Below the pieces are notes generated by a model, which did not search any database, had not been told where the DNA came from, and saw only the letters and a program-made list of their open reading frames with translations. Shown here one piece after another: positions 1-10,938 of a stretch of 64,000 bases of DNA. The stretch is taken from positions 128,847 to 192,846 of the forward strand of contig CAVZXQ010000004.1 of NCBI GenBank assembly GCA_963779315.1, read 5' to 3'. The position numbers and the translations under genes are program-made. The first letter of the stretch is position 1, and every line of letters begins with the position of its first letter. This DNA is from an uncultured Chloroflexia bacterium (GTDB lineage Bacteria; Chloroflexota; Limnocylindria; Limnocylindrales; CSP1-4).

Positions 1-780
1 CGCGATGGCGACGTCTATCGCCTGAACGGCTCGAAGCTCTGGATCTCGCTGGCGGATCTCGCCGACCACTTCCTCGTGTTCGCGTCCGTCGATCGCTCGA
101 AGAAGCACAAGGGCGTGACCGCCTTCATGCTCGAGCGCGGGATGGCGGGCCTGACGACCGGGACGCTCCACGGCAAGCTGGGGATCCGGGCCGGCAACAC
201 CGGCCTGATCAACATGGACGATGTCCCGGTTCCGATCGAGAACCGGATCGGCGAGGAGGGCGAAGGCTTCCTGGTCGCCATGAGCGCCATCGATCAAGGG
301 CGGTTCACCGTCGCCGCCGGTGCGGTCGGGCTCGCCCAGGCCTGCCTGGACGCGAGCGTCAAGTACGCCCATGAGCGCCAGACCTTCGGCCAGGAGATCG
401 GCGAGCACCAGCTGGTCAAGCAGATGATCGCGAAGATGGCCGCCGGCACCGAGATCGGCCGGCTGCTCGTCTGGCGGGCCGCCTGGCTCAAGAACCAGGG
501 CATCCGCAACACGCGCGAGACGAGCCTGGCCAAGTGGCATGCCACGGAGCACTCCGTCCAGTCGGCGCTCGATGCGATCCAGATCCACGGCGCGAACGGG
601 TACAGCAACGAATTCCCGGTCGAGCGCTATCTGCGCAATTCGAAGGCCGCTGTGATCTACGAGGGCACCAGCCAGCTACACACCCTGATCCAGGCCGACT
701 ACGCGATGGGCTACCGCGAAGACCGGCCCCTTCGCTGCGAGGCGTGGCCGGCGCAGGGCTGGGAGCGCCGTTCCGCGTAG
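1..780 (+). CDS. acyl-CoA dehydrogenase, C-terminal part (5' end outside window)
   Basis: Frame 1 is open from base 1 to TAG 778-780. Translation reads ...[18 protein letters not shown]...[22 protein letters not shown]...[35 protein letters not shown], the ACAD middle/C-terminal domains. Confidence 0.85.
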   Translation, partial: RDGDVYRLNGSKLWISLADLADHFLVFASVDRSKKHKGVTAFMLERGMAGLTTGTLHGKLGIRAGNTGLINMDDVPVPIENRIGEEGEGFLVAMSAIDQGRFTVAAGAVGLAQACLDASVKYAHERQTFGQEIGEHQLVKQMIAKMAAGTEIGRLLVWRAAWLKNQGIRNTRETSLAKWHATEHSVQSALDAIQIHGANGYSNEFPVERYLRNSKAAVIYEGTSQLHTLIQADYAMGYREDRPLRCEAWPAQGWERRSA

Positions 781-806
781 GGCGGCCCTTCCATACCCGC
801 TCCCAT

Positions 807-2716
<1,910 letters not shown>

Positions 2717-2779
2717 CTCGTCAACAGGATGTTCGGTACGACATCGTAGAGTGCGAATCGAAGCATCGAAAGGGCCCGT

Positions 2780-4828
2780 GTGAGCGAAGAAGATTCGGCC
2801 CTAGAGCACGAGCACCCAGGCGGCTGGACGGACCGCGAGCTCGCCACGCTGGCCGACCTCGCCGAGACGTTCGTCCGCGGTGACGCCGTCCGGCGAGCCA
2901 GGCTCGCCGCGGAGGCGTTCCTTCGCGCCGCGGATCGCGACCAGGTCGCCCAGATCCGGATGGTCCTGGGGCTCATCGAGCGCCCTCTCGTCAACCTGGC
3001 CCTGGGCGGTGGCGCGCGCGCGTTCCGGGACATGTCGCCCGCGGCACGTGAGCGATACCTGCTCGGCTGGGCGGCATCCCGGCTGGGTCTGCGCCGCTCG
3101 GCGTTCGGGGCATTCCGCAAGCTCCTGACGTTCCTCGCCTACGCGGATCCGGGGGTGGACGGCCCGAACCCACTGCTCGTGCGCCTCGGGTATCGGACCG
3201 ACGAGCGGCCGATCGCGACGGAACCCACCGGCATCGTCCCGACCCGCCTTCCGTTCGAGACAGGCCCTGCCGAGGACCCGATCGTCCTGGAGGCGGACGT
3301 CGTGGTCGTCGGGTCAGGGGCGGGCGGCGGGATCGCTGCCGCCGGACTGGCGGCCGCCGGCAAGTCCGTGGTCGTGCTGGAGGCTGGTCCGTTCGTCGAA
3401 GAGCGCACGATGCCCGGCAATGAGCTGGACGCGTTCGCGCAGCTCTATCTCAACTACGGCCTCCTGGCCACGTGGGACGGGGCCGTCACGATGCTGTCCG
3501 GGAGCGGGGTCGGCGGTGGGACGCTGGTCAACTGGATGACGAGCATCCAAGCGCCCGAGGACGTCCGGGATGAGTGGGCCGCCGATCATGGCCTGGCGCA
3601 GGTCTGTGGCACCACCTGGGATGCAGACGTCGCCGCGGTCAATTCCGAGCTCGGCGTCACGACGACGACGGTCATCCCGCCGAAGGACGCGGCGATCCTG
3701 CGCGGGGCGGGGGAGCTGGGCTGGGAGGCCGCCCCGACCCGGCGAAACGCGGAATGCGGCGCGTGCGGCAGTTGTCCGTTCGGGTGCACGCGCGGCGCGA
3801 AACAGTCGGGGATCCGGGTCCATCTCGCGCAGGCCCACGCCGCTGGAGCTCGGATCGTCCCGCGGGTGCGGGTCATCACGGTGCTGCTGGATGGAGGTCG
3901 GGCGGTCGGCGTGGCTGGGACCGCGGTCGTCACCGACGCAGTCACCGGCGAGCCGATCGGTCATCCGGATCGCGCGGGCGAGGTGATGACCCGGCCGGTG
4001 GTCGTGCGCGCGCCGGTCGTCGTTCTGAGCGCCGGAGCGCTGCGCACGCCGGGGATCCTGCAGGCGACCGGTCTGGAGCATCCGTCCATCGGCCGACACC
4101 TGCGGCTGCACCCTGTGCCCGTCCTCGCCGGTCGATTCCGCGAGCCGATCGATATGTGGCGCGGCCCGATGCAGGCCGCCCGGTCGCTCCAGTTCGGGAA
4201 GGGAGAGCCTGGTCGAAACGGCTACGTGATCGAGGCCGCGCCGGGGCATCCGGGTCTCCTTGCCCTCGCCCTGCCCTGGGAGGGGACCGAGGCCCATGCC
4301 GCCGTGATGGCCACCGTTCGCTACCTCTCGCCGTTCATCGCGGTGACACGGGACGGCGGGGAGGGGCGGGCGTCACTCACCAGGTCCGGCCGCGTCCGGC
4401 TCGACTACGACCTGGACGCGACAGGCGTGGCGACCCTTCGCCATGCACTCGTGTCGATGGCGCGCCTGGCCCGTGCCGCCGGAGCGACGGAGCTGGTGGC
4501 CGCCGGCACACCACCCGCCTGGTTCGGACTGGACGCGACGACGTTCGCGCGGTTCGAGGAACGCCTCGCCGCCTTCGACTTCAGCCCCAACCGGGGAACC
4601 GTGTTCTCGGCCCACCAGATGGGCTCGGTCCGGATGGGCGCCCACCCGAAGACCCATCCGTGCGATCCGGGCGGGCGCGTTCGCTCGGATGGACGCGGTG
4701 ACAAGGTCATCGGCGGCCTCTATGTCGCCGACGGCTCGCTGTTCCCGACCGGGATCGGGGTGAACCCGATGATCACGATCATGACGCTCGCCCGACAGGT
4801 GACACGGACGATCCTGGCTGAGGCGTGA
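2780..4828 (+). CDS. GMC-family FAD oxidoreductase (long-chain alcohol oxidase-like, with about 150-aa N-terminal extension)
   Basis: 682 aa with a GTG start. FAD fold VVVVGSGAGGGIAAAGLAAAGKSVVVLEAGPF; C-terminal GMC block ...FSAHQMGSVRMG...GLYVADGSLFPTGIGVNPMITIM. Confidence 0.8.
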   Translation: MSEEDSALEHEHPGGWTDRELATLADLAETFVRGDAVRRARLAAEAFLRAADRDQVAQIRMVLGLIERPLVNLALGGGARAFRDMSPAARERYLLGWAASRLGLRRSAFGAFRKLLTFLAYADPGVDGPNPLLVRLGYRTDERPIATEPTGIVPTRLPFETGPAEDPIVLEADVVVVGSGAGGGIAAAGLAAAGKSVVVLEAGPFVEERTMPGNELDAFAQLYLNYGLLATWDGAVTMLSGSGVGGGTLVNWMTSIQAPEDVRDEWAADHGLAQVCGTTWDADVAAVNSELGVTTTTVIPPKDAAILRGAGELGWEAAPTRRNAECGACGSCPFGCTRGAKQSGIRVHLAQAHAAGARIVPRVRVITVLLDGGRAVGVAGTAVVTDAVTGEPIGHPDRAGEVMTRPVVVRAPVVVLSAGALRTPGILQATGLEHPSIGRHLRLHPVPVLAGRFREPIDMWRGPMQAARSLQFGKGEPGRNGYVIEAAPGHPGLLALALPWEGTEAHAAVMATVRYLSPFIAVTRDGGEGRASLTRSGRVRLDYDLDATGVATLRHALVSMARLARAAGATELVAAGTPPAWFGLDATTFARFEERLAAFDFSPNRGTVFSAHQMGSVRMGAHPKTHPCDPGGRVRSDGRGDKVIGGLYVADGSLFPTGIGVNPMITIMTLARQVTRTILAEA

Positions 4829-5792
4829 TCGTGGCGATCGTCGAGTCCGGTCGCTGCAGTCTTCCACGGGACGTGACGATGAGCGCGACCGCGACCACGA
4901 TGACGGCCCCAGCGATGAGCGTCCGGGCATCGATGGGCTCCTGGAGGATCAGCGCGCCGAGGATCACCGCGACGATCGGGTTCACGTACGCGTAGGTCGA
5001 GATCAAGGTCAGTGGCGCGACGCCGAGCAGCCAGCTGTACGTGGAGTAGGCGACGAGGCTCCCGATCACCGTCAGGTAGACGAACGCGATCAACGAGTCC
5101 GTCGAGACAGCCGCGGGCTCGAACGTCTGCCACTCACCGCTGATCGCACCCATGGCGGCGAGCACCGCGCCGCCTGTCAGCATCTGGGCGCCGGTCGACA
5201 CGAGCGGCCGGCCGGGCAACCGGGCCCGGTGCGAGGCAAAGAGCGATCCGATGGCCCACGCCAGCGGCGAGATGAAGAGGGCGACCAGCCCGGCCGGGTC
5301 CATGGCACCCACGCCGCCGTACGCGGACGGTCCGACGAGGATGACGATGCCGGCGAAGCCCACCACGATCCCGGCGACGGCGAGGCGTGGCAGCCGCTCT
5401 CCCAGGAAGAGCCCGCCCAGGACCGCGACCCACAACGGCATCGTCCCGATGAGCAGCGCCGCGATGCCCGACGGGATGGTCTGCTCGCCCCAGGCGACCA
5501 TCCCCATCCCGCCACCGAGCAGCAGGGCTCCGACGATCGCCGAGTCACGCCACTCCCGTCGGGTCGGCCAGGCGAACGAGCGCCCTTCCCTCAGGATCGA
5601 CCAGCCGAACAGGACGCCGCCGGCGACCAGGAACCGGATGGCGGCCATCACGAACGGGGGAAACGTCTCCACCGCCACGGCGATCGCGAGGTAGGTTGAG
5701 CCCCAGACGGCATACAGGATGAACATCCCCACCCAGATCGACGATCGCGCCGGCCGAGGACTCAGGTCCATTGGCATAGTGTGTTGGTCCAA
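4779..5792 (-). CDS. EamA/DMT family transporter
   Basis: 337 aa, about 10 predicted TM helices, duplicated EamA-type halves (WGSTYLAIAVAV...; ...YSTYSWLLGVAP). Confidence 0.8.
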   Translation of the reverse strand: MDQHTMPMDLSPRPARSSIWVGMFILYAVWGSTYLAIAVAVETFPPFVMAAIRFLVAGGVLFGWSILREGRSFAWPTRREWRDSAIVGALLLGGGMGMVAWGEQTIPSGIAALLIGTMPLWVAVLGGLFLGERLPRLAVAGIVVGFAGIVILVGPSAYGGVGAMDPAGLVALFISPLAWAIGSLFASHRARLPGRPLVSTGAQMLTGGAVLAAMGAISGEWQTFEPAAVSTDSLIAFVYLTVIGSLVAYSTYSWLLGVAPLTLISTYAYVNPIVAVILGALILQEPIDARTLIAGAVIVVAVALIVTSRGRLQRPDSTIATITPQPGSSVSPVGRAS

Positions 5793-5836
5793 GATCGGTG
5801 CAGTCTACGACGCCGGCGGCTCAGGCGTGTGGGACG

Positions 5837-6641
5837 TCAGGCGGCCGCGAGCCCGGCCCCGGACCCGGGTCGGCAGGCCAGGCAGGCGCGGTACCCGCCG
5901 GCGGCCGCGGCGGCCATGGATCGGAACGGCACGCGATGCGGCTCGGTGATCCGCCTGGCGTTATGGCAGGTCGGCAGGCAGACGATATGGGTCGTATCGG
6001 ATCCCGACGAACCGGATGCCCGCATGGGCCATGGCCTCCAGCCCGGACGGATCGAGCCCTTCGGAAGCCAGGATCGCCCGCTTGTTGGCGGGTCCGCCGA
6101 GCGAGTACTGGCCGATCGTCCCGTCGGTCCGCACCACGCGATGGCACGGGACGATGAGCGGGACCGGGTTGTGGCCGAGGGCTGTGCCCACGGCCCGGAC
6201 GGCCTTCGGTCGGCCGATCTCCGCCGCGATCCAGCCGTACGGCCGGACCTCGCCGCGCGGGATCTCCAGGGCCTTGGCCCAGACGTCGCGTTCGAAGTCG
6301 GAATGGCCCCGCAGGTCGAGTTCGATGCGGACCCGTCTTTCACCCGCCAGCCGGCGACCGATCGCCGACGCCAGGCCGCTCGGCAGCCCGGCCGCTCGGT
6401 AGGCTGTTCGGCCGGTCCGCGTGGCATGGACGGCCTTGAACGAGGCATCGTCGGCGGCCGCCTCGACGGCTGAGACGCCCGTTCCATTCCACGCCACCAT
6501 CAGTGGTCCGATGGGCGAGTCCATCGGGGCGAACCAGTCGGCCAGGCCGACTTCCACCAGGACGCCCGGGGCGAGAGACGGCGGAGCGCCCGTCGCCAAC
6601 CCGGCCAGCGCGGTCTCAAGGTCGAGTTCGTTCGTCGTCAT
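5837..6641 (-). CDS. ogt: methylated-DNA-protein-cysteine methyltransferase (MGMT/Ogt) fused to a C-terminal Ada-type Cys4 zinc domain; frame broken near 6003-6005
   Basis: ORF 5961..6641 carries the MGMT core (IPRGEVRPYGWIAAEIGRPKAVRAVGTALGHNPVPLIVPCHRVV). After ...AHAGIRFVG, the neighbouring frame (tail of ORF 5837..6487) reads SDTTHIVCLPTCHNARRITEPHRVPFRSMAAAAAGGYRACLACRP. This matches the E. coli Ada N-domain pattern TTGIFCRPSC...AAGFRPCKRCQP. The gene start overlaps the sigma gene stop (ATGA). Confidence 0.7.
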
Positions 6642-7234
6642 GCGCTGATCTCCTCGTCGTGCAGTCGGTTCGTGGCGTCGTAGGCGGCCCGCAGCGCCTC
6701 GAGGCCGCGGTGGACCTGGGCCTTGACCGTGCCTTCGGGTCGGCCGAGGGCGATGGCCAGCTCGGGGTACGACAGGCCGTCCACGTGACGCAGGACGACG
6801 GCCTCCCGCTGGGTGGGTGGCAGGCTCAGCAGCAACGCCGCCCAGTCACGGAGTGCGGTGCGCCGCTCGGCGATGGCCGCCGGACCGGCGTCGCTCGCCA
6901 TTCGTGGCTCGCTGTCAGCCGGGAGCGGACCGTCGAGGGACATCGCCGGCCGGGCCGGCGTCGTGCGCGATCGCCGCGAGCGGCACAGGTTCAGGACGAT
7001 CGTCGACAGCCACGGCCGGAGCCGAAGGTCGCGGATCCGGGTTGTGTCGTACCCCTCGAGCGCGCGATACGCCCGCACGAAGGCGTCCTGGGCCGCTTCC
7101 TCGGCGTCGGCCGGATCGCCGAGCACCCGCAGGGCGATCGAGTACAGCCGGTCCTGGTGCGCGAGGACGAGCGCCTCGAACGTGCCGTCGAGGTCCGTGG
7201 TCAATCCCGCGATGATCGCGTCGTCGGTCTCCAT
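6638..7234 (-). CDS. ECF-type RNA polymerase sigma-70 family factor
   Basis: Sigma-2 region (LVLAHQDRLYSIALRVLGDPADAEEAAQDAFVRAY) and sigma-4 region (REAVVLRHVDGLSYPELAIALGRPEGTVKAQVHRG). I prefer the internal ATG at 7234 (METDD...) over the track start at 7405, which would overlap the divergent GNAT gene. Confidence 0.85.
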   Translation of the reverse strand: METDDAIIAGLTTDLDGTFEALVLAHQDRLYSIALRVLGDPADAEEAAQDAFVRAYRALEGYDTTRIRDLRLRPWLSTIVLNLCRSRRSRTTPARPAMSLDGPLPADSEPRMASDAGPAAIAERRTALRDWAALLLSLPPTQREAVVLRHVDGLSYPELAIALGRPEGTVKAQVHRGLEALRAAYDATNRLHDEEISA

Positions 7235-7403
7235 CGAACTCCAGAACCCGCACCCCGGCCGAACCGTTGCATTTCGGGTGGCCGGTGCCGAGACCTGCGT
7301 AACGGTACCCGCGATCGCCCGGCGAGCCATCGTCGTTTCCGGCCGGTATCGTTGGGCGATGCGCGGGACCGGACCTACCCTCCATGGCGTTGACGCACCG
7401 ACC

Positions 7404-8210
7404 ATGCGTCGGTTGTTGATCCACGAGGCACGCGTTCATGCGCTTCCCGGTCGCGAGCTCCGCGATCTCGGGGATGCGATCCTGCTCCACGATCCGATCG
7501 ACCCGGAGCCGTTCTGGAACCGGGCCGAGGGCATTCGCTGGCCGTCCGATCCCGACGAGTTCGATCGCCGTCTCGCCGAACTCCTGATCGTGTTCACATC
7601 GATCATGCGCCAGCCGCACGTCTGGGAGTCGCCGGCCCACGATGCCCCGCCTGACCTCGTGGAGCGGCTTGAGGCCAACGGGTTTCGCGATGTCGGCGGT
7701 GGCTGCGTGATGGTCCTCGTCGATCCGGCCAGGGCGATCGAGCACGCAGGGTCGCCGCTCCCCCCAGGCATACGCGTGGAGCGATCACATGGCCTGACCG
7801 GCCAGCCGGCGCTTCGTGCGGCGGCCGACATCGTGTCGGTCCTGCTCGACGCCTTCTCGGTCGAGCCGGATCGGCGGGCCGCGATCGAATCGGAGACTGC
7901 GGTGTCGCTTGGCCACGCCGCGTTCACCTACTACCTGGCGACGCTCGACGGGAATCCCGCGGCGGTGGCCCGATGCGCCACCTTCGCCGGGGCCAGCTAC
8001 CTGTCGTCGATCGGGACCGCCACGTGGGCCCGAGGCCGAGGTCTCGGACGGGCCGTGACGGCCGCAGCGAGCGCAGATGCCCTGGCCGCCGGCAGCGAAT
8101 GGACGTACCTCGGTGTCTTCACCGACAACGACGTGGCTCGCCGGGTCTATCGCGATGTCGGATTCGCCCAGGTCGGCGACCCGTGCGCCGACCTCCTGTT
8201 CATCGGGTGA
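7404..8210 (+). CDS. GNAT family N-acetyltransferase (two-domain)
   Basis: ATG at 7404 inside track ORF 6813..8210. C-terminal acetyl-CoA motif ...ATWARGRGLGRAVTAAA...VFTDNDVARRVYRDVGF. Confidence 0.75.
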   Translation: MRRLLIHEARVHALPGRELRDLGDAILLHDPIDPEPFWNRAEGIRWPSDPDEFDRRLAELLIVFTSIMRQPHVWESPAHDAPPDLVERLEANGFRDVGGGCVMVLVDPARAIEHAGSPLPPGIRVERSHGLTGQPALRAAADIVSVLLDAFSVEPDRRAAIESETAVSLGHAAFTYYLATLDGNPAAVARCATFAGASYLSSIGTATWARGRGLGRAVTAAASADALAAGSEWTYLGVFTDNDVARRVYRDVGFAQVGDPCADLLFIG

Positions 8211-8285
8211 GCGTCGATCGCGTTCCCTGCTGGCGCCTCGCTACGGGAAGCGCTCGAGCGCATCGTCGGTAGCGATCCGTCGTTC

Positions 8286-8687
8286 ATGCCCGTCGCGCTC
8301 GGCTGGGCGACGATCGACCTCGACCGCGCGGAGTCCGGTTTCGCCGACGCCTTCGAAGGCTCGTTCGAGGCATCGGGAGACGTGGCGGACGACATGCTGC
8401 TCGGCGCCCGCTGTCGCCTGGTGCGCACGGGTGACCCGGTCGTCCCCGTCGTCGTGTTGCTGGAGCCGTTCACGGAGGGGCGCCTCGCCGCAACGCTCGC
8501 CCGGCATGGGGAGGGTCCGGCCGCCGTCTGGGTCCGGGCCGAAGAGTCTCGCCGGTCGGCCCAGCAGGGTCACCGGTCCGTGGAGACACCGGGGCCGTTC
8601 GGATCGGAAGTGCTCCTGGCCGGCGGTCCTCCTTCGGGACCGTATCGCCTCCTCCTGATCGCCGTGCCGGGTACCATCACGCCATGA
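8286..8687 (+). CDS. hypothetical protein (glyoxalase/VOC-like?)
   Basis: 133-aa ORF with G/C-rich third positions. No in-frame ATG/GTG/TTG lies upstream before the stop at 8208. ATGA overlap with the next GNAT gene. The family call is weak. Confidence 0.5.
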   Translation: MPVALGWATIDLDRAESGFADAFEGSFEASGDVADDMLLGARCRLVRTGDPVVPVVVLLEPFTEGRLAATLARHGEGPAAVWVRAEESRRSAQQGHRSVETPGPFGSEVLLAGGPPSGPYRLLLIAVPGTITP

Positions 8688-9124
8688 CCGATACCGCCGC
8701 GATGACCCTTCGACCAGCCACGATCGATGACGCCGACGCCATCGCTGCCCTGTTCACCGATGAGGGCTACCCGGCCGGGCCGTCCGATATCGCCGCCCGT
8801 CTGGCGCGATTCGGCCCTCCCGAGGGCGCTGTGATCGTCGCCGAACACGATGGCGCGTTGCTCGGCTTCATCGCCCTCCATTCGCTGCCACGCTTCGAGC
8901 ACGGCGACGTCATCCTGCGCATCCTCGCCATCGTCGTGGACGCCGGGGCGCGTGAGCGCGGCGTCGGACGCGCCCTCATCGCCGAAGCGGAGCGGTTCGC
9001 GGCCGAACTCGGGGCGGCCTTCGTGGAGCTGACCGCCGGCCATCACCGGCCCGATGCCAGGCACCTGTACGAGTCGCTCGGCTACGACGCGACGGTGGCT
9101 GCCTACCTCCGCAAGAAGCTCTGA
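8684..9124 (+). CDS. GNAT family N-acetyltransferase
   Basis: 146 aa; motif A reads ILAIVVDAGARERGVGRALIAEAERFAAELG. Confidence 0.85.
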   Translation: MTDTAAMTLRPATIDDADAIAALFTDEGYPAGPSDIAARLARFGPPEGAVIVAEHDGALLGFIALHSLPRFEHGDVILRILAIVVDAGARERGVGRALIAEAERFAAELGAAFVELTAGHHRPDARHLYESLGYDATVAAYLRKKL

Positions 9125-9159
9125 CGCAGCCAGCGCCGGCCGCCTCCTCGTTCCCGCGG

Positions 9160-10401
9160 TTGCGCCTGCGCGACGGCGCGGGCGCCCTCCTGGATCTCCC
9201 ATGGGACCGCGCTCTGGCCGATTGGTCCGCGGACGACCTGCGGTTCCGGGAGTTGCCGGTCGGGCCGTCGCGTCATCTCGTCCGGTTCCTCGTCGCGAAC
9301 GGTCGTACGTATGCCCTCAAGGAGGAACCCCTGGCGGTCGCGACATCCGAGTTCGACGTGCTGCGTCGTCTCGAGGAGGCCGGCCTCCCGGCCGTGACGG
9401 CCATCGGCCTGGCGCAGGCCCCGGAGCGGGACTCGGCCATCCTGATGACGGAGTACCTGACGTATTCCATCCAGTACCGACGCCTGCTGATGCGGTTCCC
9501 GCTCGGCCCGGGCCCGTACCGCGAACGGCTCCTGGACGCGATGGCCTGGTTGCTCGTGGATCTCCATCGTTCCGGGGTCTACTGGGGCGATTGCTCGCTC
9601 GCGAACACCCTGTTCCGGCGCGACGGCGACCGGATCCAGGCATTCCTGGTCGACGCGGAGACGAGCGAGATCCACCCCTCGCTCTCGGATGGCCAGCGCG
9701 GGTACGACCTCGACATCCTCGTGGAGAACGTGGCGTTCGGCCTGGCCGACCTTGGGGCGATGCAAGGTCGCGAGGACGCCTTCGACGATGCGGTCCAGGC
9801 GGCCGAGACCGTCCGCTCCACGTACCTTGGTGTCTGGGCGGAACTGACCGAAGAGCCGCTGGTCGAGCCGGGTGACCGCCACGCCGTCCGGGCGCGGATC
9901 CGACGTCTGAACGACCTGGGCTTCGCGGTGGACGAGATCTCGCTGGTGCCCAGCCGCTCGCGGGCAGGGTCTGTGCGACTGCGCGTCGCGGTGGCCAATC
10001 GACGCTTCCAGGCGCGCGAACTCGAGCGACAGACCGGGCTCGTGGCGCTTGAGGGTCAGGCCAGGCTGCTGCTCAACGACCTGCATGAGTACAAGGCGTG
10101 GATCGAAGCCCAGGACGCGAAGCGACTCACCGACCGCGAGGCGGCGGAGCGCTGGCTTCACGATGTGCTCGAGCCCAGTCTGGCCCACCTCGTCCCGGCG
10201 ATCGGCCCGGGACGCGACGCCCTCCAGGCCTATTGCGACGTGCTCGAGGAGAAGTGGATCCTATCCGAGGCTCGCGGGTCGGACGTCGGCCTTGAACGGG
10301 CGATGCAGGAGTACCTGGGACTGGGTGCGCCGGCTCCGGAGGATGATGTCGGGGTGCGCGAAGGCTCGACGGCCCTCGACATCGACCCGCCCAGGGGATG
10401 A
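9160..10401 (+). CDS. DUF4032-type protein with N-terminal Kdo/RIO-like kinase fold
   Basis: 413 aa with a TTG start. Contains ...YALKEEPLAVATSEFDVLRRLEEAGLPAV...LHRSGVYWGDCSLANTLFRRDGDRIQAFLVDAETSE... followed by a long helical C-terminal part. Confidence 0.7.
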   Translation: MRLRDGAGALLDLPWDRALADWSADDLRFRELPVGPSRHLVRFLVANGRTYALKEEPLAVATSEFDVLRRLEEAGLPAVTAIGLAQAPERDSAILMTEYLTYSIQYRRLLMRFPLGPGPYRERLLDAMAWLLVDLHRSGVYWGDCSLANTLFRRDGDRIQAFLVDAETSEIHPSLSDGQRGYDLDILVENVAFGLADLGAMQGREDAFDDAVQAAETVRSTYLGVWAELTEEPLVEPGDRHAVRARIRRLNDLGFAVDEISLVPSRSRAGSVRLRVAVANRRFQARELERQTGLVALEGQARLLLNDLHEYKAWIEAQDAKRLTDREAAERWLHDVLEPSLAHLVPAIGPGRDALQAYCDVLEEKWILSEARGSDVGLERAMQEYLGLGAPAPEDDVGVREGSTALDIDPPRG

Positions 10402-10410
10402 CCCGACCGG

Positions 10411-10938
10411 CTACCAGCGCTCCTCGTGGATCATCTCGGCCAGCGGACGCCGTCCGCCGGTCGCATTCGGGCGAGTCAGGTCGGTCGGATCCGCGGGGTA
10501 GCCGAACGACAGCAGGTAGTCGCAGACGTGGTCCGCCGGATAGCCGAGCAGACGTCGCGCGAGGTCGTGGTCGTAGACGGTGGCCGGCACGCTCCCGATC
10601 CCGAGCTCCCATGCCGCAAGCATCATGTTCTGGGCGGCAAGGCCGAGGTCGAACTGGATCGACTCATGGGTCCCCGACCCGTCCGGTCCGGGGGTCACCA
10701 GGGCGATCCCGACGGCGGCTCCGGCGAGGTGTCCCGCCCAGTCGCCGACGGCGCCGAGCTCGCGAAGATGCCCGCGATCCCGGCACACGATGAAGTCCCA
10801 GCGCTGCCGGTTCTTGGAGCTGCCGGACCGTCGGCCCGCACGCAGGATCAGATCGAGGTGCCCGGGGTCCAACGAACGGTCTGCGAAGGATCTGACCGCG
10901 CGCCTCGTGTCGATGGCGGCCCAGACCGGTCCGGTCAC
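10411..10938 (-). CDS. nitroreductase family protein
   Basis: 175 aa; contains AIDTRRAVRSFADRSLD...SGSSKNRQRWDFIV...AAQNMMLAAWELGIGS. Confidence 0.8.
   Translation of the reverse strand: MTGPVWAAIDTRRAVRSFADRSLDPGHLDLILRAGRRSGSSKNRQRWDFIVCRDRGHLRELGAVGDWAGHLAGAAVGIALVTPGPDGSGTHESIQFDLGLAAQNMMLAAWELGIGSVPATVYDHDLARRLLGYPADHVCDYLLSFGYPADPTDLTRPNATGGRRPLAEMIHEERW

Noticed and set aside
4779-4828. Convergent 3'-end gene overlaps (4779-4828, 45768-45823, 57501-57525, 55513-55529)
   Set aside because: Overlaps of 17-56 nt at convergent ends are unusual. They are explained well enough by a compact genome, GC-rich tails with few stop codons, and possibly undetected terminal indels. There is no evidence of functional antisense regulation.
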